Shown: piece by piece, positions 47,936 to 61,907 of the stretch
Position numbering within the stretch: position 1 is the first letter of the stretch
How the letters are laid out: each line of letters opens with the position of its first letter
NCBI RefSeq assembly: GCF_038025025.1
Contig: NW_027117338.1
Span: forward strand, 2,294,001-2,358,000
Reading direction: 5' to 3'
DNA: 64,000 bases
Source of the DNA: Phyllosticta citribraziliensis
Taxonomy: Eukaryota
Notes under the pieces: model-generated
The model's input: the letters and a program-made list of their open reading frames with translations, nothing else
What the model was told of the DNA's origin: nothing
Databases searched by the model: none
Translations under genes and position numbers: made by a program

Positions 47936-50519
47936 CTAAATCTCAACGGCAACACTGCCCCTCAGATCTCTAGAGCTGCTACCCACGGAAAACGTGTATG
48001 TGCCCTTGGCCAGCGCCCACTCCTTGGCCGCCGTGTCCCAGTGGCTGATATCCTTGCGGCGCACCTCGAACGTGACGGTGCTCTTGGCGCCCTTGTCGAG
48101 AGGCACCTTCTCGAAGCCGCGCAGCTGCCTCACCGGCTGGTTGGCGGCGGCCGGGTACGAGACGTAGAGCTGGGCGACTTCGGCGCCGGAGCGCGAGCCG
48201 GTGTTGGTCAGCGTTGTGGTGATGGTCAGGACGGTGTCGAAAAGGTCGGTCTGTGGATTTGTTTGTTAGTCATAGATTTGTTTGATGCCTGCATGAGATA
48301 CTGACCTTGCCACCAATAGCAATGGGTCCGCTGGGGTACGTCGCGCTCAGTGCCGTCTCGTTCGTCTTCTTGGCCGTCACATCACCGTACTCAAACGTCG
48401 TGTACGAAAGGCCGTGGCCGAAGGGGTAGCGCGGCGTGACGTTGAAGCGGTCAAAGTGGCGGTAGTCAATGTAGACGCCCTCGTCAAAGTCGCACTGTGC
48501 CGTGTAGCAAAGTTTGACCGGGTAGTCGCTCTCGTTCTTTGCAAGGGTGCTGATCAGCTTGCCGCTAGGGTTGACGTCGCCGTAAAGGACGTCGGCAATG
48601 GCGTTACCGCTCTCCTGGCCCAGCATGCCGCCGTAAAGCACAGCCGTCACATTTTCAAGCTCAATCCAGGCGTCAACGAGGCGAGGTCCGACAGTGTTGA
48701 TAACAACGACAGTGTTGTTGCACTCGGAGGCGACCGACTGGACGAGCGTGTCTTGGTCGGTGTTGTACAGCTCTTCCCTGTCAGCACCCTCGCCGGAGAA
48801 TGAGTTCAGGAAGACGAGGCAGACTTCAGAGTCCTCTGCATAATTGGTGATGGAGGGCGTAACTGCTGTGCCTTGGCCGAGGTTGGAGAGCGCATTGCCG
48901 CCGCCTCCGCCACCTCCCCTGGAGGCTCCGGACCCGCTGCTCGTGCTGCTGGAGCTAGAGTTGCTGGATCCGCTGGGACCCCCAGTGCCTCCAGTGGTGG
49001 GTGGCGAGCCCATGCCCATACCAGAAGAAGAGGAAGAAGTGTACGTGTCGTTGAGGATCCAGCGAATCATGCTGCCATCGGCAGCAGCCCGCGTCGTGAG
49101 ACTCTGGTAAGGAGTAATGAGGTAGGAGAAGGAGAGTTGACCGCTGCCGCTGCCCGATGCCAAGTGGCCCTGGTACGTAGGACCGCTCGACCCTTGGACA
49201 CTGAATGCCTGGTTGGGGCCGGCCATGGCAGGGCCAGCATGAGCACCAAACACGCTGATGGACTTGGGGCGATCCAAGGGAAGACCGCCGCCGTTTGTGG
49301 CGTTATTCTTCAGAAGGACAAGAGACGCGGCGCTGACCTCGCGGATCAGAGCCGAGTGGTTGGAGCGGACATCGCGGTAGTCGGTCGAGCCGGCCTCAGA
49401 GGGTTGCTTGCCGTTGTCCAGTCCGACATAGTAGTATCCAATGACGTTGCGGATGGCCATGTCGTCGAGACGCGCCTGGGTGAAGGAGCCGTTGCTAATG
49501 CCAGCCTCCAAAATCGTTGACGTCCAGAGAGAGCTTGATCCGTAGTCCAGGCCAGCGTTAGCTGAGCCGTAAGAGGTCGATTGCGAGTTTACGTCTGGGA
49601 AGACCATGCCGGGGAAGCCAAGCTCCTCCTTGAGAAGTTCAGAGACAATGTGGCTGTTTTCGCACGACTGCGAGTTGTTCACCCGGGACATGGCGCACAT
49701 GACAGCGGCCATGCCTGCCTTCACACCGTCCTGGAACGGCCAGAGGTAGAGTTCATGGATAGTCTATGTGGGTCAGTTTCCTTGCTGTCAGCTCAAAGGG
49801 GCTAGGATATACCTTATCATCAGCGTTGGACGAATACACCGAGGACGTCGAGTCCGACGTGCCAGTGGATCTGTTCGTCTCCTGCTCATTGAGCAGAAAG
49901 TGCCTACCGCCTGCAACGACGCCAGCTGAGTTCATTCCACCAATGGTTTTGGCCAGGGCAACGCCGCTAAGGTACGGGTCAGGCGAGAAAGCTTCTGATT
50001 GGCGACCGCCCCACGGGGTGCGACCAAGAGGCCCAGCCTCGGGACCGTTGATCAGGTTGTAGCCCATGAGATAAAACTCACGACCCGAAGCTTTGGCCTC
50101 GGCTTCAAAGTAGTCTTTGTCCCAGGTCATGGCCAAGGCATTGCCCATGGGGAAACCAGAGACGTAGTATTGGTAGTTGATTCCAGCAAAGCCATCCTTG
50201 TTGGCAAGAGCTGTCCAAGAGGAGCCATTGGTCGAGTCGACATCGCTGCCGGTAATTATGGAAACCTTTTGCGCGTTGGTCAGTCCAGACACAAAGGCTT
50301 TGGCTTTCGCATAAGCTTCAGCAAAGTCGCCGAGATCCTGAACTGTTCGTCAAAACAATTAGCCATCAAGCAAAGTGTGCAACCTCGGCCGACTCCCAGT
50401 TCAGGGCCAGGGCACATACCATGTCCAGATGACAGAATGGCCGCGTTGGACGAGTTTGATGCTGCACTCACGCCGCAAAACAGCGTCGAGGCAAGACCGA
50501 AAGCTGCCGCAGCTTTCAT
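47936..50519 (-). CDS. Secreted glycoside hydrolase family 3 beta-glucosidase (BglD-like) with FnIII domain, 4 exons
   Basis: Signal peptide, GPLGRTPWGGR, DPYLSG, HFLLNEQE, LLKEELGFPGMVFPD (nucleophile Asp), GQESGNAIADVLYGDVNPSGKL, PFGHGLSYT, QLRGFEKV. Confidence 0.93.
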
Positions 50520-53500
50520 CTTGGAGAATCGGAAAACCCAAAAAGAGTGTATAGACGATGACGAAACGAAAGGACTGACTGGTTCTGAAGAAGGCAAAGG
50601 AAACAGGGGGATCGGTCAACTATGTATACCAGACCCCAAGGCTTTTTTGATATAGAGCGTCGCCATCATCGCACAGGCCGTCCTAGGACCAAGTTTCTCA
50701 GATAGGGTGCTGTCGTAACCCCAGGATCGCCCGCGAGTATGGCCGACACCAAGGTGTTTTTTGATTAGTCCAGGAGGCCCGACAATGCCAAAGGGAGGGC
50801 AGTACGCGTCGTCATGGTCCACGAAGCGTTCATGAGGTGTCCAGCGCGAGCGCGCGGCAGCGGAGTGGTTGGCCGTTGGATGGAAAGGCGCGAGTGTGGA
50901 CCCACCAAAATTCGGAGCTCGGGATTTTGCTTTTGCTGTGCAGTGCTGCTCGTCACCGGCTCACCAGCCCGAACTGGCAGTTTGCGACATTCAACGGGCT
51001 GTGCTCTTCTCCACTGACTGTGTGTCGGAAAAGCTTGGCTTTCTTTAAAGTATCCGCATCGGCGGCGAAATCTGACGTCGCATCTTGTCTGGACTGCGCG
51101 GTTCAATATTGCTGCGCGCGCGCGGAGTAGGAGTTGGATTCCCCTTCTTCTGCGGGGAAGATCCTAGCACATTTCCCACAAGCTTTCCAAGGGTTTTTGC
51201 TGCGAAGATGAACAATAACCATGTTCTGCTATTCGGTGAGATGGCTCTCGACCATAGAAAAAATAGGCGTTGTCAACTGCAAGGGAGACAATAACGCGCT
51301 GCGCGACAGGCAGAGAGCGTCTAGACCCTTGGACAAACGCGCCGATGCAAATTGCCCGGTCCATGTGTTCTATGCAGGAAGTCCATCGCAACGTGCGTGA
51401 GACACATGGCACCCCGCAAACTGTAGAAGCACCTCCCCTGGCCAACTTCCTCTTGTTACGTCGTCATAGCGCAGTCAATTTCCGGCCTGGAGTACGCCCA
51501 AACACATTTACAGGATGTTCTGGCGATAACTTTGCTTTGCCTACCTCAGGTGTGATCTTGCTTCTATTGACAAGCAGGGATGGTGCATTGCCCGACTGCC
51601 ACGCGGCTCTGTAAGGAGGTCAAAATAAGGCCCTTGGCAATCCGCCAATGAAGCTCCTCGAGCAGGAAAATGTGCCAGGAACACTCGGAAATTCCGAGTT
51701 TGCGGCTGCTTCCGCCTCCGATCGGACTGCGAACGGCCAGCCTTACGGCCATCTTTAAGCGAAAACCAACCACGTCCACGCAATCAACGCCAGCGACAAC
51801 GTCAGAGCGTCCTGCTTGTGTCATGTTTCCCGCTGATACCAGTCGCAGAGATCAGCGTTTTTTGGATACCGTAGGCGAGAGCGCTTGGCACCATGTATTC
51901 CCGCTGCACCCCGTGTCTCCACCAGGCCGATTGCGGCACCAGGGAAAAAGAGAGGGAAAAGGGGGAAAAGAAAGCAGAGACGAGGCAAAGTCAATGTGAC
52001 CGATAACTGCGCTATTCCACTTTGCAATGCTGATCGCAAAAAGTGGAGTTTCGGGGGCCGTCGATTTGAAATTTTGGCAGGGGCGAAGAAGTTGGGGCAA
52101 AGTTGGAGCCCTTGTGGGGATGAGGGGGATTCAAGCGATTCCCCGGGAAGGGTCTGAATGAAGAAGACACAAGACCAGCTTTCCAGTGACAGGGATTCCA
52201 GCGTGTTCTCCATGACACAAAAGTGCTGCGTGTTCCCCATCTCTTTGGAAAAAGCAGCGAACGAACGTTGTCTGTCCCCGCATCTTCTGGACAACTTCGG
52301 TCTTCTTGTTTTGGTGCAAGTACGACCTGGGCGAGGTTGCGATAGTGCCGTCGCTAGGCATCACAGCCAAATTCGGAGTTTTCATTGCGAAGATTGCCTG
52401 CAGATGGACGGTTCCTGCTCGTCTTACCAGAGGAGAGGTTTGTGCAATAAAGGAAGAAGACGCTCGAACTGCTGAAGCGCCCGATGCTGCGGGTTCACAG
52501 GGACGGAAATTTTCCAAGCCTTCCCAGCGCTGGGCAGCAAGTTGAAGTGGTCTCCAGGCTTAGAGCTGATTCAAATTCAATTAGTCCTCGGCTCGAAAAC
52601 GCAAGTTTGGGACTTGTCTTCGTCATTTGAACATCTGCTTCGACCAGAGCAGAACGCGTCGGCGTCGTGGAACTACGCAAGAACGCAGGTTGTTGCCTCG
52701 ACGCTTGACGGAATTGGCAGGATGACCTTTCAAACAGGGCACAAATTTTGAAGTGCTCTGCATAGTCTAGTCCATCACCACCGAGCGGACATCCTTGCAC
52801 GCAAAAGCTAGCCCGGTCCATGGGACCGTGGAGGCCTTTTCGAGACAAAGAACCATTGATTCCAGATTTACTCTAGCTAAAGCCAGAGGCTTGAGCAGGA
52901 GAATTCTATTGATCGTTAGCGAGCCGGAAAGGCAACGACCTCGACCAAACATCTTGCAACTTACCCACACCAGCGAAGCTCTCCGGAATGGCATCGAATC
53001 CAATCGTGCAAGCATTCCCGTCACACAAAACCATACCACCGACCTGGTTGTGTCTTGGCCAACGCCCCAGAGTCACGGGCTCCCCTGTCCACAAAGAGCG
53101 CTCGCACAACCATGTTGCTCCTAGTATTCTGATCCTTCTCCATGTACTGGCTTCTCTGCGACGGGGTCGCCGAGGATGAGTCCTGTAGGAAGACCGGTTC
53201 CACGCGTGCCTCGCGCCGTGTCACTTGCTCACGCACGTTCCATCGAATTCGGGTGCAAACGAGGTCCTTAGAAGGCGGCGCTATAGTTTGTCTCAGCTTC
53301 CATCAGCGCTGAAATGGACAAGCAAGGCAATCTGCACTACTGCTGAATCCTTGGGTCCAGAAGCCACGGTATTGGTGGAGCAGAAAATGAATGCTTCGGG
53401 GCCCTGCTCCGAAGGGTGGCTTTCAAAAGTTCGCGAGATAGGTGGTCTGAGAACACGAGACGGTTGGAAGGGGGTTTGAAAGGATCCTTGGCATCTTGCC

Positions 53501-53834
53501 ATCACAGTCCGCGAGGACGTCACGGAGAGGGGGGTAAAAGTTGATCTGTCGAAAGCCTCATTGAATCCTTCTTTGACCAAAGTACCATCGTGAGCGGGAC
53601 AATATCATGGTACGGCTTGAGGCAATTGGAACCGTATCACCAATCATCGGTCGTAAGATCGTTTTTGGACGGCATGTCTCAATTCAAACAAATTTTTGAT
53701 GCCGTCTTGGATTCCTTTGGAGTATTTATTCTTCTGGTCTGTCGTCCTGCTCAAGCTGATTTGGAGGGCAGCAGCGTCGACAAAGCCAAGCGCCACTGAC
53801 TGCAGCAGCTGCCGGTAAGAAACACCATCTCGTC

Positions 53835-55028
53835 ATGGAGTCTCTCACGGATTTCGTCGTTCTCTTTTTTGCCGCGAGTTCCTTGGTGTCTCTGGCCGCA
53901 GCGCATCCACAAGTCTCCTTTTCGACGACTTCTACTGATGCGACAACCACTTTGACAACGTCCGATTCGATAACTTTGGGGACGCTCACGGCCTCAACGC
54001 TTTCGTTTGCCACGAAGTCTGTGGCCACGTGCAATGACGCGTGGTTCAGCTCGCTCTCTGCGTTGGGTCCCGAGGCTACCGCCTTTTGCTCTGGGTGGCT
54101 CAATATTTCGGATTCGACAGCAACGGCAACTGTGGTCAACTCGACGACTGCGAGTCCTCCTACCACCACAGCTACCTTGACGTTGCTAGACACGACGTGA
54201 GAAGCCCCAGGAATACTCTGAGATTCGTCCAATTCTGACTTCGATTAGTTCGAGCTATGTGACAACCGTCACAGTTACGGGGAATGCGACGACTTACACG
54301 TACAATGGTCCAAACACTTTCGCATCTAACATCACCACTGCGCCAGAGACCATGTGGGGAGGATTTGGTGTCGCTGAGGCCACCGATACTGCAGGTATCA
54401 AGTCGAGTATTTGTTCTTGTTTCAGCATCACACCTTCAGTCACGACCGAAATAACCAGCACTCTGGTCACGGTTGGACCTTCGACGGTATGTGAGAAGAC
54501 TCCGAAAGCTGGATGTTAAATGATGATCTGAACAAGACACAGACATTTACCAGCCTCGACGTTGTTTTTTCCACGACCACAGTTGAAGCCACGACGACGA
54601 CCACTGTCGCCGGGCCGACAGTCAGCAGCTGCTTCGACTTTGAGCATGACGTCAACAATGTTGGCTATCAATACCTCAGTGAAGATCAGGCGAATCAGCT
54701 GAGCAAGTGGTATGGAAACAGCACCGAAAACACCGGAGACTGGGTGAACTGCTGCAATACCTGCTACCAGAGGCAAGACTGCGTTGTGTACCGCTTCAGC
54801 AATAGCTCAGCAGGCAACCGATGCGAGCTGTGGACAACGAAATTCGGTACCAGTCTGAACGTGTCTGACATTATCGACTTCACCAACTCCACAGGCTCCT
54901 CCAACTCCAGCAAGTTTTGCCCCCATGGCATTGTGGAGGGAACTAGGCAGGAAATCAATGGAACGGGCAGCAGCAACAGCCCAATTGCCATTGGGCCGTG
55001 CCTCAATGCCGTTTGGGAGGTGATGTAA
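53835..55028 (+). CDS. Secreted Ser/Thr-rich protein with Cys-rich C-terminal (apple/PAN-like) module, 3 exons
   Basis: Signal peptide MESLTDFVVLFFAASSLVSLAAA; ATAFCSGWL; SSICSCF; CCNTCYQRQDCVVYRF...CELW. GT-AG introns near 54197-54249 and 54488-54542. Confidence 0.7.
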
Positions 55029-56231
55029 ACGTGGAGGGAGAGCCGGATTAAAGTTGAAACTGTTGAACATGGGCGTTTCGCGGATTCTATCCGTCGCTTT
55101 CTTCGTCACAAGCTGTCTGTCGCTCCTTTGGCCGAGATGATGGAAGCTTTTGGGATTTTCCGAGTCGTTTCGGACAATTGTTGTGTACCGAGTAGGACTT
55201 GTAGTGCAATTCAATGTCACGTGCTGGAGCTTTGTCTCGTGGTGGTTCCGTTTCGATTAGGTTTCAAACGTCCAACCGTCCGCGGACCTTCACGCCACGC
55301 TCATGGTCGACGGTGCTATCATGTCAGTGCAGGCGGACAATGGCCCGTGGCGTGTCCGACGGCGCCGACCGACAGCCACCAGGGCCGAGAGGATTACCAC
55401 CTCAGCGACATGGAGATTGATTGATAGCAGCCGCTTCGTATCATTGCCACATTGTTACTGCCGAATCGAGCACCAGCGATGCAGCCGCCAATGGATCAGC
55501 TTTACCCCAGAGTGGACGATTGTGGACGAAGGTTGACAGGCGAGGGCCGGGCCAGAGCCACGCGAGCACAGAGGCTGCGACCTTACGGGCGTTGGAGGCC
55601 TTGTTCATGGAGGCTTGAAGGAGGTGGAGGGTAAGGCTGTCCCTGGGCGATGATTGCCGGCCATGGCCAATCACGGCGGCGAGAGTGGCGAGCTGGCTGG
55701 TGGTCGATGCAACGTTGCAGAGAAGCCGACTGGCGAGGAATGCGGCACGGCGAGCTTCTCGAAGGACCGCGGACGGCGAAGGTTGGGGTCTAGGTTGGAG
55801 CCAAGGTTTGAGGCGCGGGGAGAAGGAGCTGAGGACTTGATATGGCGCCAGAAGGGGAGTTGAGGCCGGAGAGCCGTTATCAAGTCGAAGGCGACGTCTG
55901 AGTTTGCCGGGCCGCTTGGCGGTCAGCGTGCAGCGATAGGCCTGATAACATGAACATGTTGCACCAACAATTCGGCGGACATGAGCGACACGATACCACG
56001 GCCGGTAACTGCAATGGGAAGCTGCCAAGGGCATCTCTGGGGATGCAGGAGATACAAATCCAGGTGGCGGCCCATGTCAGGCCCGGCTGGCTCCATCTGG
56101 TCGCGCGACACGACACGCCCTTCGGTTTAAACCAAGACTAACGTACGGTAGTCGGTGCGCACGCGTCTGATTTTTTTTCTTTCCTCGCCCGCCACCCTCA
56201 ATTCTCTTCCTTCTCCTCCTCCCAGGACACA

Positions 56232-58337
56232 ATGGACGCCGAGAAGCACCACGACGAGCCCAAGGCCACGCAGGCTCCGTCGCTGGACATGTCGCGCGAG
56301 CATCACCACCCGCCCGTCCACCACGGCCATGGCGCCGACAAGGAGGGAATTGCTTACACGAAAAGCCTGGTCCCGGACGCCGCAGCCTTTCCCTCGGGCA
56401 AAATGGGCGAAAAGGACGGTGTGACGGACATTTCTGATCCGGAGAGAGGGAGCACCAGTCCCGTCAACACGGTGCCGTCCGAGGAGCACCAGCGCGGCTA
56501 CGTCTCCAGATTCTACCACCGCTACAGGATCTTTGTCCACATCTTCATCTGGCTCTTCTTCACCGGGTATGTCTCCATCTGTCAGGTGGTTCGACGGATT
56601 CGAGAGGAGGAGAAAAGCTTTAGCCGAGCCGAGCTTGAGCACGGGAGGGTAGCGCCGCCACCCGAACAAGACTGACGTCCTACTTTTGTGCCAGATGGTG
56701 GATTGCCAGCCTGATCCTGCACCGCCATGACAAGAATTGGATCATTCCATTCTTGTTCTATCTCGCCATCACGCTCCGGATCATCTTTCTCCATGTCCCC
56801 ATCTCCATCATCATAAGGCCCGCTCGCTGGGTGTGGGGAAATACGGCGGTCCGCTTTGCTGCGCTGATCCCGGAGAAACTGAGAATGCCGGCCTTTGCCC
56901 TCCTGACCATTGCCGTCATCGTGGTTGGGACGTTTGCCAGTCCAACAAGTCAAGACAACACGCTTGACAATCGCGGCATCAGTTTGCTTGGCCTTGTCGT
57001 CTTCATCTTTCTCCTCTGGGCAACGTCCCGGAACAGGAAACTGATCAAATGGCACACGGTCATCATGGGCATGCTCATGCAATTCATCATTGCTTTGTTT
57101 GTCTTGCGGACCACGGCTGGATAGTGAGTCTATCTCAACGGAGCTCTCTTTCCAGCCCGCGCTGACCTTGATAGTGACATTTTCAACTTCATCTCTACCC
57201 TGGCCAGAGAGTTGCTCGGCTTTGCCGACGACGGAACGGCGTTTTTGACTTCGGACGACGTCGTCAGCACCTACAGCTGGTTCCTGATTACGACTCTTCC
57301 GGCAGTCATCTTCTTCGTGTCCCTGGTGCAAATCCTCTACTACATTGGTCTCGTCCAGTGGCTCGTCGGCAAGTTTGCCAGCTTCTTCTTTTGGAGCATG
57401 CGCATTTCCGGCGCCGAGGCTGTGGTTGCTGCTGCTTCCCCCTTCATTGGTCAGGGAGAATCAGCCATGCTGATCAAGCCCTTTGTGGCTCATCTCACAA
57501 TGGCCGAAATTCACCAGGTCATGTGCTCTGGGTTCGCGACCATCGCTGGATCCGTCTTGGTTTCGTACATTGCCATGGGAGTCAACCCGCAGGCCCTCGT
57601 CTCCTCTTGCGTCATGAGCATTCCCGCATCCATCGCGATGAGCAAGCTCCGGTGGCCAGAAGAGGAGGAGACGCTAACAAACGGCCGGGTTGTCGTTCCA
57701 GAGGACGACACGAACAGGGCTGCAAATGCTCTGCAGGCATTTGCCAATGGCGCATGGCTGGGTCTCAAGATTGCGGGAATGATTATGTGCAACCTCCTTT
57801 GCATCATTGCGTTGATTGCGCTGATTGATGGTCTCCTGACTTGGTGGGGGCGCTGTAAGTATTCCAAAATGATTCTGAAAAGGCAGGTATTGATTTGTTC
57901 CAGACATCAATCTTCACGGCGACTATGACCTCACCCTTGAGCTGATCCTTGGCTATATCTTCTACCCCGTCGCTTTCCTTCTCGGCGTAGACCGTGACGG
58001 TGACGACATTCTCAAAGTAGCCAGGCTCATAGGCATCAAAATCGTGGCGAATGAGTACGTGGCCTACTCGGACCTTGCAACTGGCGCGGAATTCGCCAAC
58101 CTCAGCACGCGTTCGCGTCTTATCGCGACATACTCCCTTTGTGGTTTCGGCAACATTGGTTCCGTCGGCAACCAAATCGGCGTGTTGACGCAGCTCAGTC
58201 CCACCCGAAGTGGCGATGTGAGTAGAGTGGCCATTAGCGCGCTTTTGACGGGTATTTTGGCGACTTTGAGCAGTGCAAGTATTGCTGGGTTGGTCATTAT
58301 AGATCAGGCTGGCTTCACGACCCCGTCTACTGCCTGA
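56232..58337 (+). CDS. Concentrative nucleoside transporter (CNT/SLC28 family), 4 exons
   Basis: IKWHTVIMGMLMQFIIALFVLRT, SGAEAVVAAASPFIGQGES, GFATIAGSVL, NEYVAY, YSLCGFGNIGSVG. Confidence 0.93.
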
Positions 58338-59508
58338 AAGAATGGCGAGTAGAATGGCGTTTGGAGAGGAGTTCAGAAAAAGACGGTGACATGCCGCAAC
58401 GGCGCGCTTTTCCATATGTGTGGGAGGTAAGTTTTGAACATGCATGGAAGGCGTCGACTTGGATTTTCTATCTTTCATAATTGGATGAATGACGCCCGAG
58501 GAGCGTTTTGTTCTGCGAGGCTGAAAATGTTTCGGATACCCCGAAGAGTCGATGAATGTAGCTTTAATCAGGCGTCGTGCCCATAAGCTTACTTTAGCGT
58601 GCCCGCGTCCCACCAGCCACACCGTCCCCGCCTCGAGCATCTTGCACTTTTCTTCTCTGCCAATCATCAATTTCACAAGGCGACATCCAGACTGGCTGAT
58701 GCATCGACCTGGTGGCCCGTCTCGAGCAGTTCCGGCCGCCGCGAGTCCCAAGTTCGAGCACACAAAGGGACCGAGGCCCAGGACGTGCAGTACTGAACCT
58801 CAATTTTCAGCGCGCGGGACAGCCAACTGAAGCTTACAGCGGGCCGCCGCATCAAGTGGACCACTTGTCATCGGCAAAAGTCTCGCCGCTTTCCGCTCCG
58901 CTCGTCTCACTTATCGCCGACTACTCGTAGTTCCTACACCATTGACGTAGCGCACCTTTGTTCCAGCCGTCGTTTGTGCCCATCTCTTTCTGTCCTGTCG
59001 CGCTTCTCCGTGCGCGTTCTCGATAGCGAGCTCGCCGTCTTGTTTTGAGCGAGCACTCGACCAGCCCGAGGCCGCTGATGTTGCTGCTGCTTGTCCCACT
59101 CTGCAACTCATTTTAGCTCCCGTCAACCCCCACAACGTTCAGCCCTCGGCCTTGAGAATATTGCACACATCATCCATTCTCAGCCAAATTGACCACGAAC
59201 TCCACCAATCGAGCTCCCTTTTCGCAATCGCGCAATCGTCGACCCTTGCCGGACCGGACCGAGCCGTTGAATCGCACGCCCCAGTCAGGTGGCGACTGAT
59301 TTAACGCCAGAATCCTGACTGCGTTGGGCCGCAGGAACCGCGCGGCGTCAAATCGCACCAATTGCAGGAACACGAGAGAAACAGAATCGTCTGAATCCGT
59401 GCGATTCGCCTTGTCGCAGGGCAGATTTGGGACAGCTTGATTCCTTGACTCCCGCGGCTTCTTTTCATCCAAGGCATTAATCCACGTGGATATTTGTCAC
59501 TTGGCGAC

Positions 59509-61907
59509 ATGGCTGACAATTTACCCTCTATATTCGGCTTCAACATGCAGGCCGAATTTGGAGAAACCAGCTCCACGGCAGGTCTCGAACTCGGAGCGAG
59601 GGGCCGCCAGATATACCAGTCACCGCTGCAACAGCCGCCAACCACTCAACAACAAGGTTCTGCCTTGACTCCCAACAATGGAGGTGGCGCGCCGGCAGGA
59701 AACCCCGTTCCACTTGCCTGCGTGCCATGTCGGTCGAAGCACTTGAAGTGCAGCGGAGGTGAACCATGTGCGCGGTGCAGGGATGATGGCAAGGCTGGAG
59801 AGTGCAGCTATGTCAAGAGCAGAAGGGTAAGTAGGCTCGAGTCTTTGGAATAATGTGTCCTAGCTTCTTCAACCTCCCCTTCCCATCTCGCTAATCATCT
59901 CATAGGGCTATAAAGGTCCGCGTAAGAGAAACGCTCTGGGTGAACCCATTCCAAATCCCTCTAGCGGCAATGTAGGTGAATCAAGTCAAGAACGCCGTTC
60001 GACCTGTAAGTCCGTGCCTGCCCTTCGATGCTCAATTCTGACTTCCATTAGCAGCAGCCCCTTCAGCAACTGAATCGCGAGAAATGTCCAATCTTGAGCC
60101 CGAGCAGACTTTCCCGAGTCTCGCCTACGCTTCGGCGGAGGCGGCAGATTCTCCTGAGACATCATCAATTTTCTCTATTTCTCTGGAAGACGGCGCGACT
60201 GTTGCATTTTCGGGCCAGTCAAATTTGGACTACTCGGCTAGTGGCAATCAAACGTCCCCTACCAACATCTGTCCCATTGCAGGTGCATTCTTCACCAACT
60301 TTGCCGCAGCGCATCCGTTTCTCCCGCCACGGCCACTTCTTTTCCAGCTCTTGAGGAACAAGCACATGCCCCATCTCGAACTGGCCATCCAGTATCTAGG
60401 ATCTTTCTACATCCCAAACGTCTCCACTGCCCCTGTAGAAGAGGCGCTCAATCGAGCCTTGCGCGGGCAAGCCAACGCACGAGACGGCTTCATGGTCCAA
60501 GCGCTCCTTCTCTACGCCATCGGTCTCAAGGCAAACGACAAGACTGACAAGGCCGAAGAGGCACTGAGCGAAGCGATTGACATTGCAATCGGCATCGGCA
60601 TGCATGAGCGCGAGTTTGCAGCGCGCAACGGCGTCGGCAATCGCGTCATGGAAGAGAGCTGGCGGCGCACATGGTGGGAACTGTACGTTGTCGACGGATT
60701 CTTTGCCGGAGTCAGTCAAAAGGAGACTTTTCGACTGAAGGACATGGTTACAGACGTGCCGTTGCCGTGCGAGGAGGCAGATTATTCGACCGGAGTAAGC
60801 TGAGAAACATTCTGTGAGAAGACTCCTGCTGACAAGTTGCAGTACATTACTGGAATCTCCCGCACGATTCAAGAGTACGATGACGCCGCCTTCGCAGACG
60901 ACGATGCGGAATTCTCATCTTACGCGTATCGAATCGATGCCGTCCGCAATCTCGGACGGGTTCTTGCAGTGGCCAGAGTAGACGTGTTCGACACTGGGGT
61001 TCTCGACGCCGTTGACTCGTACCTCGTCAACTGGCGCCTCCATCTGCCCGAAAGTAAAAGCGAGTTCGTGAGCCGCGACGGCCAGTTGGACCACATGCTC
61101 TTTCAGGCCCACATGATTGCAGAATCGTGCGTCCACCTCCCATCGTGTAGTTTCCGCAATCGAACGCGGCGAAGCTAATGAGGATTCAGAAGCTCCATCC
61201 TTCTCCACCAACCGCGTTCCTCCCTCGACCCATCCCACAGCACAACCACAGCACCCATCCGCACCTGCGTAGGCCCCATCCCATCAACCACCAACCAAAA
61301 CACTTCGCTCAGCACGCTTCCATCCCCGCACGCGCCCAACACAGGGCCCTTCCAAGCGCTGAGCAGCGCGCACACCTCAACCACGCTCGCATCCGCCTCG
61401 CGCCTCTGCTCACTTCTCCGCCTTCCCACGCCACTCCACAAGCACACACCCTTCCTGACATGCGGCACCGTCATGGCTGCCGTCGTGCACCTGGCGCGCT
61501 GGGCCCTCGTCGCCCCCAACGAGCGCGACGACGCCCTCAAGGAGCTCATCAAGATCGAGGTCGGCTCGCTGCGCGGGCTCGCTGCCGTCTGGCCTCTCGC
61601 CGCCCGCGCCGTCGGCCAGGTGCGCGGCGTCGCTGGCGAGCTGTGGCGTGTCAAGGGCGAGGTGCGTCGGCTGTGGGCGCAGGGGCAATTTCCGCAACAG
61701 CACCAAAGCGATGCCGCTCAGGACAACGTCGGGCTTTTGGGCGTGGGCTCAGGGGCGCGGTTTGCTGGCGGCGGCGGTGTGGCGCAGATTCAGCAGGCAG
61801 CTGTTGAGCCGCCTGAAGAGACGGACGGCGACGAGATCATGCGCTTGATAGAGGACGCTGTCACGGCGGCTGGCCAGACGCGTGGCATCGGTGCTGTGAG
61901 CAGTTGA
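59509..61907 (+). CDS. Zn(II)2Cys6 fungal transcription factor with middle homology region, multi-exon
   Basis: ACVPCRSKHLKCSGGEPCARCRDDGKAGECSY; HPFLP; ESWRRTWWELYVVD; VPLPCEE. Confidence 0.9.

Noticed and set aside
50800..53750. ~3 kb gene-free stretch with many short ORFs, possible relic gene or transposon
   Set aside because: No transposase/RT motifs, terminal repeats or AT-rich RIP-like composition visible; best treated as the divergent intergenic region between GH3 and the secreted protein.
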